Shown: positions 30,661 through 40,700 of the stretch, piece by piece
Layout: each line of letters opens with the position of its first letter
Position numbering within the stretch: the stretch's first letter is position 1
Assembly (NCBI GenBank): GCA_019057795.1
Contig: JAHLWS010000032.1
Span: 1 to 42,563, forward strand
Direction of reading: 5' to 3'
DNA from: Promethearchaeota archaeon
GTDB taxonomy: Archaea; Asgardarchaeota; Lokiarchaeia; Sigyniarchaeales; SOKP01
Length of the DNA: 42,563 nucleotides
The notes under the pieces: generated by a model
The model's database searches: none
Seen by the model: only the letters and a program-made list of their open reading frames with translations
What the model was told of the DNA's origin: nothing
Position numbers and translations under genes: made by a program

Positions 30661-30906
30661 TTATATGAAATAAAATCTTATCTTATCAATGTTAAATGGG
30701 ATAGCTATGAAATGCTTACAACTTAGGCATACATATATTTTTTCTTCGTTAGTTTCGTCCCAAAATTTAATTTCTTCGCTGTTACATATATAGCAATTTT
30801 TAGGAAAAGGGTCTAATTTTTTTTCTTTTATTTCCAACATTTTATTTTCAGAATTTCTTATAATTCTCTTCTCTCTAATTATTTTTGACTTAATCTTTAA
30901 AAACAC
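30661..30906 (-). CDS. Small Zn-ribbon protein
   Basis: CYIC…CLSC; start uncertain. Confidence 0.65.
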   Translation of the reverse strand: MFLKIKSKIIREKRIIRNSENKMLEIKEKKLDPFPKNCYICNSEEIKFWDETNEEKIYVCLSCKHFIAIPFNIDKIRFYFI

Positions 30907-30995
30907 CTCAAAATTCGATTTTAAAAAACATTATTATAATAGTATTTAAATAAAAAATTCTAATCCCATACAAAATCCAGTGATTTGAAGATACT

Positions 30996-33518
30996 TCACT
31001 TTTTTCCTATAATTTTTTTACACAGGTTAATACCTAACCCGGTTTTCCGATTTAAAACATAGGGGTTTTCTTTCCTGACTTGCGCTACCGTGTGATATCC
31101 CGCGTTATACAACATCCGCGCTCGAACTCTCGCCACGTTGTCTAACCTTATCACCAAGTCGAACAATTCCTCTCTAATTCCGTAATGCATCCTAATTTTG
31201 AGCGTTTCCGCCATCTCAACGATGTTTATTAGTCTATCTTGTAAGTCGAAGTCGGACTCGCTTAAATGCATGGCGATAATTCCTATGAAAGTAATAATTC
31301 TTTCGAGGTTGTCCCGGGTAGAGTAAAGGTCGCCCGCCATAATCTTGTGTCTTTCTAAAATCTCGTCTAACGGTTCTTCGTCGCACCACTCTAATACCGG
31401 TTGGAGCAACTTGTAGTTCCTTGTTCTCCCTTCAGCTTTCAAAACTTCGTAAGCAGCTCTAACCACGTCTTTGAAAGTCTCTATTTCGACTTGCTCCAGC
31501 TTGTACCTTATCAAAACTCCAGAGACGGGGTATAAGTAAAGCCGAATTATAAGCTTACCAAACTGCGAGCATTTGATGGTACCATCCTCGCGCTTTAAGA
31601 TCAACCCTTTTTCGAACAAGTAATTTAGAATGTACTGGTTTTTTACAGATTTAGGTACTATGTCGTTCACATATTTTTGAAAGTTTTTATCGGGAATCCC
31701 TATTAGATGAAGTAAAAACGCGGTGATGTGGTCGCAAAACTCGAAAGAAAACTGGTCGTTTGCGTAGTTGTCAGAAATTCCGTTTTCGAAACCGCAAGAA
31801 CACCTAATACCAAGTTCCACGTCGAACTCGCAAAGAAAAACGCCAAAATCGGTTTTGACATATCCTGAAATAGTTGAGCTATTAAGCTTTGTAATTTTTA
31901 TTTGGTGGTGATTATTAGTCAATTTTTTAACTTTTTGAGGGTCCGAATGAAGCTTTAAAATGTTTGTCGGAGTTATTTCTTTAATCATGAGAATTTGGTC
32001 TATGGGAATGTCTTGCGTTTTCATCTTATTTTTTACGCCGTACCAGTAATAAGTTTTTTGAAAGAATTTTTTTAGTTTTTCAAGTGTTATGTGTTTCTCC
32101 TCGTACACGCGTAGTAGAACTTGCTCTTTTAAGGTGTTTACTCTGTTTAACCCAGAAACCAAATCGTTGTATTTCGGTATGTAAGTTTTAGATGGAAAAG
32201 AATTTTGAAAGTAGTGATCTTCTACCCAATCTCGCTCGTTAACATCCTTTACAAGCACGATCCCATAGCCTACTTCGTCTAAACCGGGTCTACCGGCTCG
32301 ACCGAGCATCTGAAAAACCTCGTTAGCGGAAAAAGATTTAAAGTAAGAAAATCCGTCTCCGTTCTCGTAAAACCCTTTAAAATTCTTAATGTTATGTCCT
32401 GAAGTAACGTATTTTTTGAAGTCTTTTACTATTACAACTCGGGCAGGGACGTTTATACCCGCGCTTAATGTGGTGGTACAGCAGATAACTTTTAACGCGT
32501 GTCTCCGATAGGCGTTTTCAACGAGTCTTCTCTCTTTGGGAAGCAACCCTGCGTGATGGAACGCAATCCCGCATTTTACAACCTTTTTTAGCTCGTTGTG
32601 CCTTCCCTTAATTTTATTGAGTCTATCTCCAAATTTTTTGCACGCTTTCAGCTCGTTTTCGTTGATAAGTGCCTTCACTAAGGTCTTTAAGTTTTGAGCC
32701 GTCTGTTGAGTTGACTTCCTTCTATTTAGAAAAATCAACACCTGACCACCATCATTTAGAGTGGCCTTAATTATTTTTTTAAGGGTAGAATCTTTGTTTT
32801 GACTCACTTCAATTCTATAGTGGAGCGGTACCGGTCGCTCGTCCGAGATAATAAGATTAGATTGGTTTCCTAAAGAAGTGAGCCAATCGTTAAAAAACTC
32901 AGGGTTCGCGATGGTTGCCGAAAGTCCGATAATTTGCGGGTTGTGCAAGAACTCGTTCAATCTTACTATAAGCGACTCTAAGCGCGGACCCCGATCTGAC
33001 TCTCCGATTATGTGTATCTCGTCTATAATTATAGTAGAAATGTCGAAAATCCATTCTTTGTCGTAAAAATTTCTTAGAATCGAATCCATCTTTTCATATG
33101 TGGTTACAACTATGTCTGCTTGTTCTAACTTGTCGTCATCCACATCATAATCGCCGATCGATAACTCGGTCCTAACCCCAAACCGCTCGTAGCTTTTTTT
33201 AAAATGAATGTATTTCTCGGTGGCTAAAGCTTTAAATGGTACGAGATAGATCGATTTACCAAACTTTTGAAACACGTTGTTAACGGCGCACACTTCTCCT
33301 ATTAAAGTCTTACCGCTTCCAGAGGGAGCACAAACTAAAAACGACTTCTGGAAAAACAGCCCTTTCTGGATCGCTTCTTTCTGGATTTCCCGTAGCTTAA
33401 ATATTTTTAGCTCGAACAAAACTCGAAGGATCCTTTCGTCTTGTATATACCTAAAGATCTCCTCGTCTTTAAGGTCTTCCTTATCCTTTGGAGCACTTGT
33501 AAAGTTTGTTAAAGAAAT
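30996..33518 (-). CDS. hel308: Hel308/Ski2-like SF2 helicase with inserted SWIM Zn finger
   Basis: APSGSGKT, DEIH, SAT, FHHAGL, QMLGRAGRP, R.RAR.LY.AG. The ORF extends 33 codons upstream of TTG 33419 to ATT 33518, behind GGTGAT. Confidence 0.9.
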   Translation of the reverse strand: MSLTNFTSAPKDKEDLKDEEIFRYIQDERILRVLFELKIFKLREIQKEAIQKGLFFQKSFLVCAPSGSGKTLIGEVCAVNNVFQKFGKSIYLVPFKALATEKYIHFKKSYERFGVRTELSIGDYDVDDDKLEQADIVVTTYEKMDSILRNFYDKEWIFDISTIIIDEIHIIGESDRGPRLESLIVRLNEFLHNPQIIGLSATIANPEFFNDWLTSLGNQSNLIISDERPVPLHYRIEVSQNKDSTLKKIIKATLNDGGQVLIFLNRRKSTQQTAQNLKTLVKALINENELKACKKFGDRLNKIKGRHNELKKVVKCGIAFHHAGLLPKERRLVENAYRRHALKVICCTTTLSAGINVPARVVIVKDFKKYVTSGHNIKNFKGFYENGDGFSYFKSFSANEVFQMLGRAGRPGLDEVGYGIVLVKDVNERDWVEDHYFQNSFPSKTYIPKYNDLVSGLNRVNTLKEQVLLRVYEEKHITLEKLKKFFQKTYYWYGVKNKMKTQDIPIDQILMIKEITPTNILKLHSDPQKVKKLTNNHHQIKITKLNSSTISGYVKTDFGVFLCEFDVELGIRCSCGFENGISDNYANDQFSFEFCDHITAFLLHLIGIPDKNFQKYVNDIVPKSVKNQYILNYLFEKGLILKREDGTIKCSQFGKLIIRLYLYPVSGVLIRYKLEQVEIETFKDVVRAAYEVLKAEGRTRNYKLLQPVLEWCDEEPLDEILERHKIMAGDLYSTRDNLERIITFIGIIAMHLSESDFDLQDRLINIVEMAETLKIRMHYGIREELFDLVIRLDNVARVRARMLYNAGYHTVAQVRKENPYVLNRKTGLGINLCKKIIGKK

Positions 33519-33653
33519 TATTTATCACCAATCTAAAAAAATTCTAAAGATTATTATTATTATACTAATTAGTACGGGTTAGACCATTTTTTCATGAACT
33601 ATTGGAAAGTGTGACTTAAAATATATAAATAAAAAAATATTATTCTTGCTCGC

Positions 33654-33785
33654 TAACAAAAAAAGAGACTTTCTTGCCTAATTACGAGCCCTACTCGTTA
33701 GAAAAAGCAAGGGGAGACATGTTTATCACAAAACCAACTCTTCTTGGGGCTTTAATTTGGCAAGAACTTTGTTAAAATAGTATAT
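33654..33785 (-). ncRNA. Candidate structured small RNA
   Basis: Closing stem TTCTTGCC (33671-33678)/GGCAAGAA (33759-33766), inner ACGAG/CTCGT hairpin, own promoter motif at 33807-33822 and a U-tract end. Confidence 0.45.
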
Positions 33786-33893
33786 CTATTAACTAATCCG
33801 AGCGCCTTATTTAAATAAAAAATTGTTTTTTTGAAAAATTTCAAAAATTGCTCTATTTAAAATGGAACTAGAAGAATTTTATTCTACTTCTAA

Positions 33894-33909
33894 TTTTTTC
33901 TTTAAATAA
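33894..33909 (+). promoter_or_regulatory. Backbone promoter motif TTTTTTCTTTAAATAA (representative copy)
   Basis: Related copies at 811-826(-), 1066-1082(-), 4590-4605(+), 8369-8386(-), 9873-9887(-), 11802-11817(-), 12191-12204(-), 17987-18004(+), 20868-20884(+), 23934-23949(+), 29548-29563(-), 36067-36082(+). Confidence 0.7.
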
Positions 33910-33938
33910 CTGGGATTATTTTTTTCAATTAGATCTCT

Positions 33939-36011
33939 ATGACAAATGTATATCATAAATCGCCGGAAATAATGGTTGATGTTCTCGAAGAACGAGCGAA
34001 TAAATTGCCCCAAACAACCGATGACCTCACTAAAATTAAAGGCATTGGCTCTGGTACCGCCGAAAAGCTAAACACTAGAAAAATTTACACCTATCGACAG
34101 CTTGCCGAACTAACGCCCGAGAAACTATCTGAAGCTCCTGGAATAGGTATAGCTACGGCTAGAAAATTTATAGAGGAAGCGAAAAATCTTCTTGGTGAAT
34201 TTCAAGAACAAAATTCTGTCAATAAACAGAATCAGGTAATAGAAAAAACTACTGAAATATTAAAGAAAGAAAAGGAAACCGAAGTTGATAATATTGAAAC
34301 CTTCGAAGTTGCTGAAGTAATTGTTGAGGAGGAACTCCCACAGGAAAAGTTCAAAAGAGAAGAAAAACCCATCGAAACCGTTCAAAAAAAGTGGTTTAGC
34401 GATAAATTTAATCGTTCTCGACTTACAGCTTCTTATCCCCCCATCTTAAAAAGATCGTCAGAAGAAAACAAAGTTGAAGAGAATTTCGAGTCTAAGGAAG
34501 TTACTTTACAGAAGAATAATACGCCCTACAAACAATTACTTGCGAGGTCAGAAGTCAAAGTTGAGAACGCAATTAGTGAAATTGAAGAAATTGGAATCGA
34601 ACCTATAAGCGAATCCGAATCCGAAGTGGAAGAAGCAGAAGATGAATACCAAGAAGAAGTTCCGGTAAGGTTTGAAAACAATCTAATCTTAGAACCTTTT
34701 GAGAGCGAAGTACCCTTACCAAAAGAAGAGGTTCCTCGCGAAGAATACGTTGTTGCTCCAACTTATACCGAGTTTCCTGAAGTTACTAAAATTCCAGAGA
34801 TTCCAGTAGATACAATTATTCCAGAAATTTCAGAAACTCCAACGAGTTCAAGGACACTAAATCGCCAAGAAGATCTTACAAGTGAGATCGCCGAATCGTT
34901 AAAAAACTCAGGATATTACCCAATTCCAAGCGCAATGAAAGCTCTAAAACCGTTTTTCCAAGGTGTCGATTACTTAGGCTGCAAGCTCGTAAGCGTTAAC
35001 GACAACTCGAAGCTTATTTTTCTCGTACCAATCAAATTTTGCGACTTAGAAGGAAGGATATTAATACACGAAGAGAAAATTGACTACAAGACTTACTCGA
35101 AGGCTCAAGAATCCGAGTCAGTACATACAGCGCGCCAACACGCAATCGACCTTTTAAAAGCTAAAAACGCTGTGTTTGAAGACGTCGTTAACGGCGATAA
35201 CTTTCTAAGCTTCATTCAAAAATACTTGCAGGTAAGATTTACGGCGGAAAAAAGCGCAAGAAACAAGAAACTATATTTTGTCTCAGGACAAACTCAATAC
35301 AAAATTTTAATCGAACCCATCTTGCTAACCAAAATACCCGCGAAATGTATGGAAAAATCGATTCTGTTCCCATACCAGAGAAAAACAAACTTACACGTTA
35401 TCGATAGGTCTAACATCGCCACTCTACTACGATTTTTGGAGAAAAAGTATCAATTAATCGAATCTCACTTTAAAAGGACTAATTCGATCGAGATATACCA
35501 AAACGCAGACACTAAGTTTCGTTCGAGTCTGAGGGTAGTTTCGCTTCCGTTCATCGGGTACGCCGTAGTACTGCTTGTTATCTATTTTTCGCGACTGTAT
35601 TTTCTTTTGAGACTTTTCAATAGCATCGGACTCGCTGTCATGGGGATTTACTTTTTCACGATATCGTACTTATACTTTAAGTTTTATAAAACTAAAAAAG
35701 AGCTGACGACCGAATTTGAAACGCCATATTATTTACAGAACGCACAGTTTAACGAAACCGATTTGTTATGCATAAAGGAAGAGTTCATAGGCGAACAGAT
35801 GGCTCAATTTGGCTACGAGTGTTTCGGAAAAGACAACAATTTTAAGGTATTAGAGCAGGTCGAAAAGGATACAATTAAGAAAAGCGTAGTAGCAAAGCAA
35901 CGGGAGCAAGTCACACCACAATTGTACGAATTGGACTCTGAATCAGATTCTAGCTCAACGACAGAGAAAGTTAAGAACGAGGTAAAATACAGTTCGTTTT
36001 TTGACGATTAA
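33939..36011 (+). CDS. Membrane-anchored helix-hairpin-helix DNA-binding protein
   Basis: DDLTKIKGIGSGTAEKL…PGIGIATARKFI, long acidic linker, globular domain, two TM helices. Confidence 0.8.
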   Translation: MTNVYHKSPEIMVDVLEERANKLPQTTDDLTKIKGIGSGTAEKLNTRKIYTYRQLAELTPEKLSEAPGIGIATARKFIEEAKNLLGEFQEQNSVNKQNQVIEKTTEILKKEKETEVDNIETFEVAEVIVEEELPQEKFKREEKPIETVQKKWFSDKFNRSRLTASYPPILKRSSEENKVEENFESKEVTLQKNNTPYKQLLARSEVKVENAISEIEEIGIEPISESESEVEEAEDEYQEEVPVRFENNLILEPFESEVPLPKEEVPREEYVVAPTYTEFPEVTKIPEIPVDTIIPEISETPTSSRTLNRQEDLTSEIAESLKNSGYYPIPSAMKALKPFFQGVDYLGCKLVSVNDNSKLIFLVPIKFCDLEGRILIHEEKIDYKTYSKAQESESVHTARQHAIDLLKAKNAVFEDVVNGDNFLSFIQKYLQVRFTAEKSARNKKLYFVSGQTQYKILIEPILLTKIPAKCMEKSILFPYQRKTNLHVIDRSNIATLLRFLEKKYQLIESHFKRTNSIEIYQNADTKFRSSLRVVSLPFIGYAVVLLVIYFSRLYFLLRLFNSIGLAVMGIYFFTISYLYFKFYKTKKELTTEFETPYYLQNAQFNETDLLCIKEEFIGEQMAQFGYECFGKDNNFKVLEQVEKDTIKKSVVAKQREQVTPQLYELDSESDSSSTTEKVKNEVKYSSFFDD

Positions 36012-36103
36012 TTGACATCAATTTTTATGCAAAATTATAAAATTTTCTTTTCCATTAAATGTTTAATTTTTTCTTTTTATACTCTTGTAGAGTTTAGATT
36101 GGT

Positions 36104-36859
36104 ATGACGGTAAATTTAAAATCAGGATACAAAATTATTTTTATTATTGGTTTGTTGCTCGGGTTTGCCTCGGTCTTTTTGGATTGGTACTACTTTCAAG
36201 GAGTAAACGATTCTGGCGAGGTCGTGGTGAATTGGATTTATAACGCGCTGTTCGATTGGAGTACCGAGCTTTCTCAAGGCGCTATTATTAACGAGTTTTA
36301 CGAGCCTAAAAATGCCTCTCTACCTGTTGCCATTATAATCGCTTTCTTAATAGTTATTTTTTTGTCCGCGTATTTAGTATTATTTCTTGACGTGGAACGC
36401 AAAGATAATTTACCTAGATTAAAACAATTCGGGTTCGTCAACTTATCCTTGGTGACCTTAATTGGGTTCTTCGTTTTAATCTACCCGTTGTATTTTTTGC
36501 TCCCTAACGGTTTGTACTACCCTTTCTTAGCCTATAACGATTACGAGTTAGAAGTTACTTTTTACTATTCGATCGGTCCTGGATATTTTCTCCAATTAAT
36601 CTCGTTTGTTTGTACCTTTCCTTACGCGATGTTCAATCATTCAATAATTAACACTTTCGAAAAAGAGCAATCCAGTGCGGAAAATGCGATAAAACGGCAT
36701 GTTGAAAGCGTTCGAGAAGACTTAGACTTGGACAAGTTGATATCCCAAGAAGAATTTAAGCTTGAATCTGCGAAAGAGTCCCTAAAAGAGTCTCCAGCGT
36801 CTAAAAGCGAAACACAAAAGATTTTCGACGATTTTCTAACAGTTCGGGGGCGAAGGTAA
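36104..36859 (+). CDS. 4-TM membrane protein
   Basis: Four hydrophobic segments and a charged tail; first gene of a tightly spaced four-gene operon. Confidence 0.85.
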   Translation: MTVNLKSGYKIIFIIGLLLGFASVFLDWYYFQGVNDSGEVVVNWIYNALFDWSTELSQGAIINEFYEPKNASLPVAIIIAFLIVIFLSAYLVLFLDVERKDNLPRLKQFGFVNLSLVTLIGFFVLIYPLYFLLPNGLYYPFLAYNDYELEVTFYYSIGPGYFLQLISFVCTFPYAMFNHSIINTFEKEQSSAENAIKRHVESVREDLDLDKLISQEEFKLESAKESLKESPASKSETQKIFDDFLTVRGRR

Positions 36860-36863
36860 GAAA

Positions 36864-37718
36864 GTGAAGGAACAGTTGTTAGATCTAAAGCTCAAGCGGT
36901 TGATCCAGCTCTGTAAAGAAACTAATAACCATAAAAAGATAGCGGTAGTAAGTTTTGTGCTTACGAGCAACGCAGTCGACGAGATCGGAATCAAGTTAGG
37001 AATGCGTTCGAGAGAAAAAAACGCGGGAGAAAAAATATTCGAATACATGGAGCTCGTAAATAAGGTTTTTGGAGTAAATTTCAGCGTTAACGTGTTTAGG
37101 CCGGAATTAATCGACGTATTAAAGAGAGTAGAACTTTTGTTCTTAAAAAAGGAAGGAGAACTTCGCTTTGAATATACTAAGGAAACTTTCGAGGTTTATT
37201 ATGAGCTTCGTAAGTTGGACGTTCCCAACTTACACGACAGCATCAATTCGGAAGTTATCGATAAAAATCGCACGATTTCTATGTTCTCTTTCTTATCGGG
37301 TGGTCGAATTGGAAAAGGTAAGGAAGAGGGCATGTTTAACACAATTTTACTTCAAAAATTTAAAGAAGAAGAAAAAGCGCTTCAATACCAACTAAATAAA
37401 CAATTCGACAAGAACACATTTGAGAAAATTCTACAACTCAAAACCATTAGGAAAGGTATCGAGCAAAAAAAGGGCGGAAAAATCGTTATTTCGGGCTCGC
37501 TAAAAGATAATATTTCTTACAAGCAATCGAAGGAACAGGTTGGGCAATTTTTAGTTATCGGGATTATAATTTTGTTTGCCATGGTTGGTAGCATATCTTT
37601 AATTGAGGCCTTAATGTACGGATTCTTGTCGGTGGCTATTAGCTACAACTTGCTCGTCTGTTTTGGGGTCATTATTGTGCTTTATTTCGTAAATAAAACT
37701 TATTTTGGTAATAGGTGA
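36864..37718 (+). CDS. Protein with C-terminal TM hairpin
   Basis: Soluble N-terminal domain and two C-terminal TM helices. Confidence 0.82.
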   Translation: MKEQLLDLKLKRLIQLCKETNNHKKIAVVSFVLTSNAVDEIGIKLGMRSREKNAGEKIFEYMELVNKVFGVNFSVNVFRPELIDVLKRVELLFLKKEGELRFEYTKETFEVYYELRKLDVPNLHDSINSEVIDKNRTISMFSFLSGGRIGKGKEEGMFNTILLQKFKEEEKALQYQLNKQFDKNTFEKILQLKTIRKGIEQKKGGKIVISGSLKDNISYKQSKEQVGQFLVIGIIILFAMVGSISLIEALMYGFLSVAISYNLLVCFGVIIVLYFVNKTYFGNR

Positions 37719-37727
37719 TAATAAAAA

Positions 37728-40700
37728 ATGGTAAAAACATACAGAGATTTTTTAAACGATTCAAACAGTAATAATAAGTTTAGACCAAATACCAACGATA
37801 GCGAAAAAGAAGAAAATAGCAGGTATTTGGATGTGTGGAAGGTAAATCCTTCTTACAAGGATGTTAACACGAGGGAGATTGTTCTCAAAGCAACTTCTTT
37901 AGTCGTAATTGGGCTGTTATTTTTTACTTCTGTGCTATACACGACTTATAACCTCGTGCTTTCCATTGGAATTGCAGTGATCGTATCAATTAGTTTTGTT
38001 ATGGCGTTCCATAAAAAATTTTTTAGCTTGCGCCACTTATTTGATTTTCGCTCTTTTAAGCCGCTTGGAGACTTCATTTTTTGGCAGACAAAATACGACA
38101 AATTCGTGTTATTTTTTACGAATTACAAAGAGCTCAACACTACAGGGGTTAGGACTTTTAGGATAAAAGTTCTTCCTGAAAACGTACACGCTAACTTAAA
38201 CCGATTCTATAAAGGATTGCATGCGCTCAAAGTGCCGTTTTCGTATCAAATAATTCAAAAACCGCTTCAAACAAGTAATAACGGCAATGGTTCTGAATCT
38301 TCGACTTTTGAGACGAGTATTTACTTCAGCACTTTTTACAACATTAAAGGAAAAATTACTGAATCGAAATTGGTAAAAATGATCGAGGCACTCCGAGAAT
38401 ACGCGGTCTCCTTAAAATCGGCGTTTGCTTCCAACTTCCACCACTTTAAGGTCGTTCAGCTTTCTGGAGAAGAGTTAGTAAACGCCTATAGAATCGCGGT
38501 TTTGAAGCAGGACGTAGAAATCGAAGAAGATTCGAAAAAAATTAATTGCAAAACGGTAGAACCTAAAATAAAACCTATTATATTGAAAGCAAGCTACATT
38601 TTAGCGATTGTTATATCTCTAGATCGGTTGCTTTTAGTATTTAACTTACCTATAATAATACAATTTTTAGCGACGCTTACGATTCTTATAGCAATATTAG
38701 TAATTTGGTGGCGTGAAGTGTTTTTCTTTCTAATCAAAAACAAGTTATTTAAATCGAACGACATCCAAGTTGTCGATCCTTTTTCTGACATTAAGTTTTT
38801 CAAGGTATCAGAAGCGCCCGAGACTATTTTTTACCAAGTCGAAGGAAAAATAATCGGGGGAATAAAGATTAATAACATGTATTTCACTCATCCGCCGCCC
38901 CATTGCTCTGCGAGTAAGTTTTACGAAGCTCTCATCCACGAAAGAATGCCTTTTACAACCACGATTCAACAAACTCCTTTAACCTTCCATCAGTTCGATA
39001 AAGAAGGTTTTAAATTCTTAAAAGACATAGAGCAGCAAAAATTGCTAACAAGAACGGAATCGGTTATAGACGGAAATAAATGGCTAAGCTCTCGATCAGG
39101 CATCTGGAGTGCAATTATAACTTATTCCACTTCGGTAATCTTAAAAGCTCCTGCTCTTGACTACGAGATTATTAACGAGATAGAGCAAAAGTTAAAAAAT
39201 CAAAGTTTGGTGTTGCGAAAAAGCTTCAAGCAATTTTTTGTTACTTACGAGTTAAAACAACTTAGAAAAAACGAGTTAGAATCGGGGCTCCTGTTTGAAA
39301 CGCTCAAAAACAAGTTTTTTAGGAGGAACGGTACCCACTTGAATTATTTGATGTTTCAAGGAAAAACTCTTATGTTTATCACCGAAATTTCCGACCAATT
39401 CAAAAAAGGAGTCGAGACGAGGTTAGCCGCAGAATTTAACACACCCTTACAATTAACTAATTTTATTACTATTGGCCATACCATAAACACTGAGTTCTTA
39501 GAAAACGAAGTTCCGATGGGGTTTACTCTCGAGCAATTACGAAATTTATTAGTAGTCAACGGGACAAATTCGAGCAGAGAAGCGTTGTGTCAAAAAATCG
39601 TTGCGGAACTCGTGAAAGTGGGATATTCATCTGTAATTTTCGATTTCACCGGTAATTGGTCTAAATTAATAAGCGTTTTTGAGGGCACGATATATGAAGA
39701 TAAGTTTTTATACCTCAAAGTGGGCAAAACATTTCTAGTTAATCCTCTTTTTTCAGAACTTCCCTACGATAAAGACAACATGGGCTATTTGGATTACATG
39801 TTTGACGCTTTTGCGTTGTGCTTTAAAAAAGACGAGAGGACGATCGATGCCTTCAAAAATACTATCGCGCGTAATCCCAATATAGATGTTTCTACTTTAA
39901 CTTTAGACCTAACTACTATGAGAGAGTGGGAAAAGTCACCTATTACGGACTCGTTACTATCGTTTTTCAGCGAGTTCACCCCCCAAGACATAAGCTTCAT
40001 GCAACGCCAACAATCGGATAAGCAAGAGATTATTCCCTCTTACGAGCTTATAACGCACGACAAAACGGTAATTATCGATTTTTCGGAAGTTAAAAACTAC
40101 GATAAGCAGTGTTACTTTACGTTCGTCATTCTTTCTAAGTTTATCCATTATCTAAAGACTGAAAAGGCTTATTACCCTAAATTCTTAATTGTACCGCATT
40201 TAGATGTAATTTTTGACGGGTTTTTTATAGATAAAAAAGTTAATTACGGTATAATCGATAAGTTTCTCGAACCTTTCGTACAAAAAGGATTTGGGACGGT
40301 CTGTTCGGCTTCTCAAATAAGGTATATCCACCCTAACGCGTTCAATTACTACGAGAATTTAGTTACTTTTAAAGCGACCGATAAAAGAGATAGCGCCATG
40401 CTTAGCTCTCTAATGAATTTAGAGTCTCTTCATGGGATAGGGTACTATAGTCGCAGTAGAAACGAAGGCTATCAATTGAGGTACATCGCGAGCATGAAAA
40501 AAAACGAGGCCGTGGTTAAACGAGAAGATATTTACCAACCTTTTCCTGTCGAATTCGACTTGAAAGAAGTAGAAAACGCAAAACCTCTGTCATGGGGAGA
40601 AATATTAGCCTACATGGGAAAGCAAGGGTACGACTTGGAAAACGCCGAGAAACGAATAATCCAAAGGGCAGAAAAGACTTTATTCCAGAAAGATTTTGGA

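Noticed and set aside
33525-33600. Intron linking upstream ATGs in the hel308 leader to the main ORF
   Set aside because: Hairpins exist, but no 4-bp helix flanked by two 3-nt bulges could be built; SD plus ATT explains the start.
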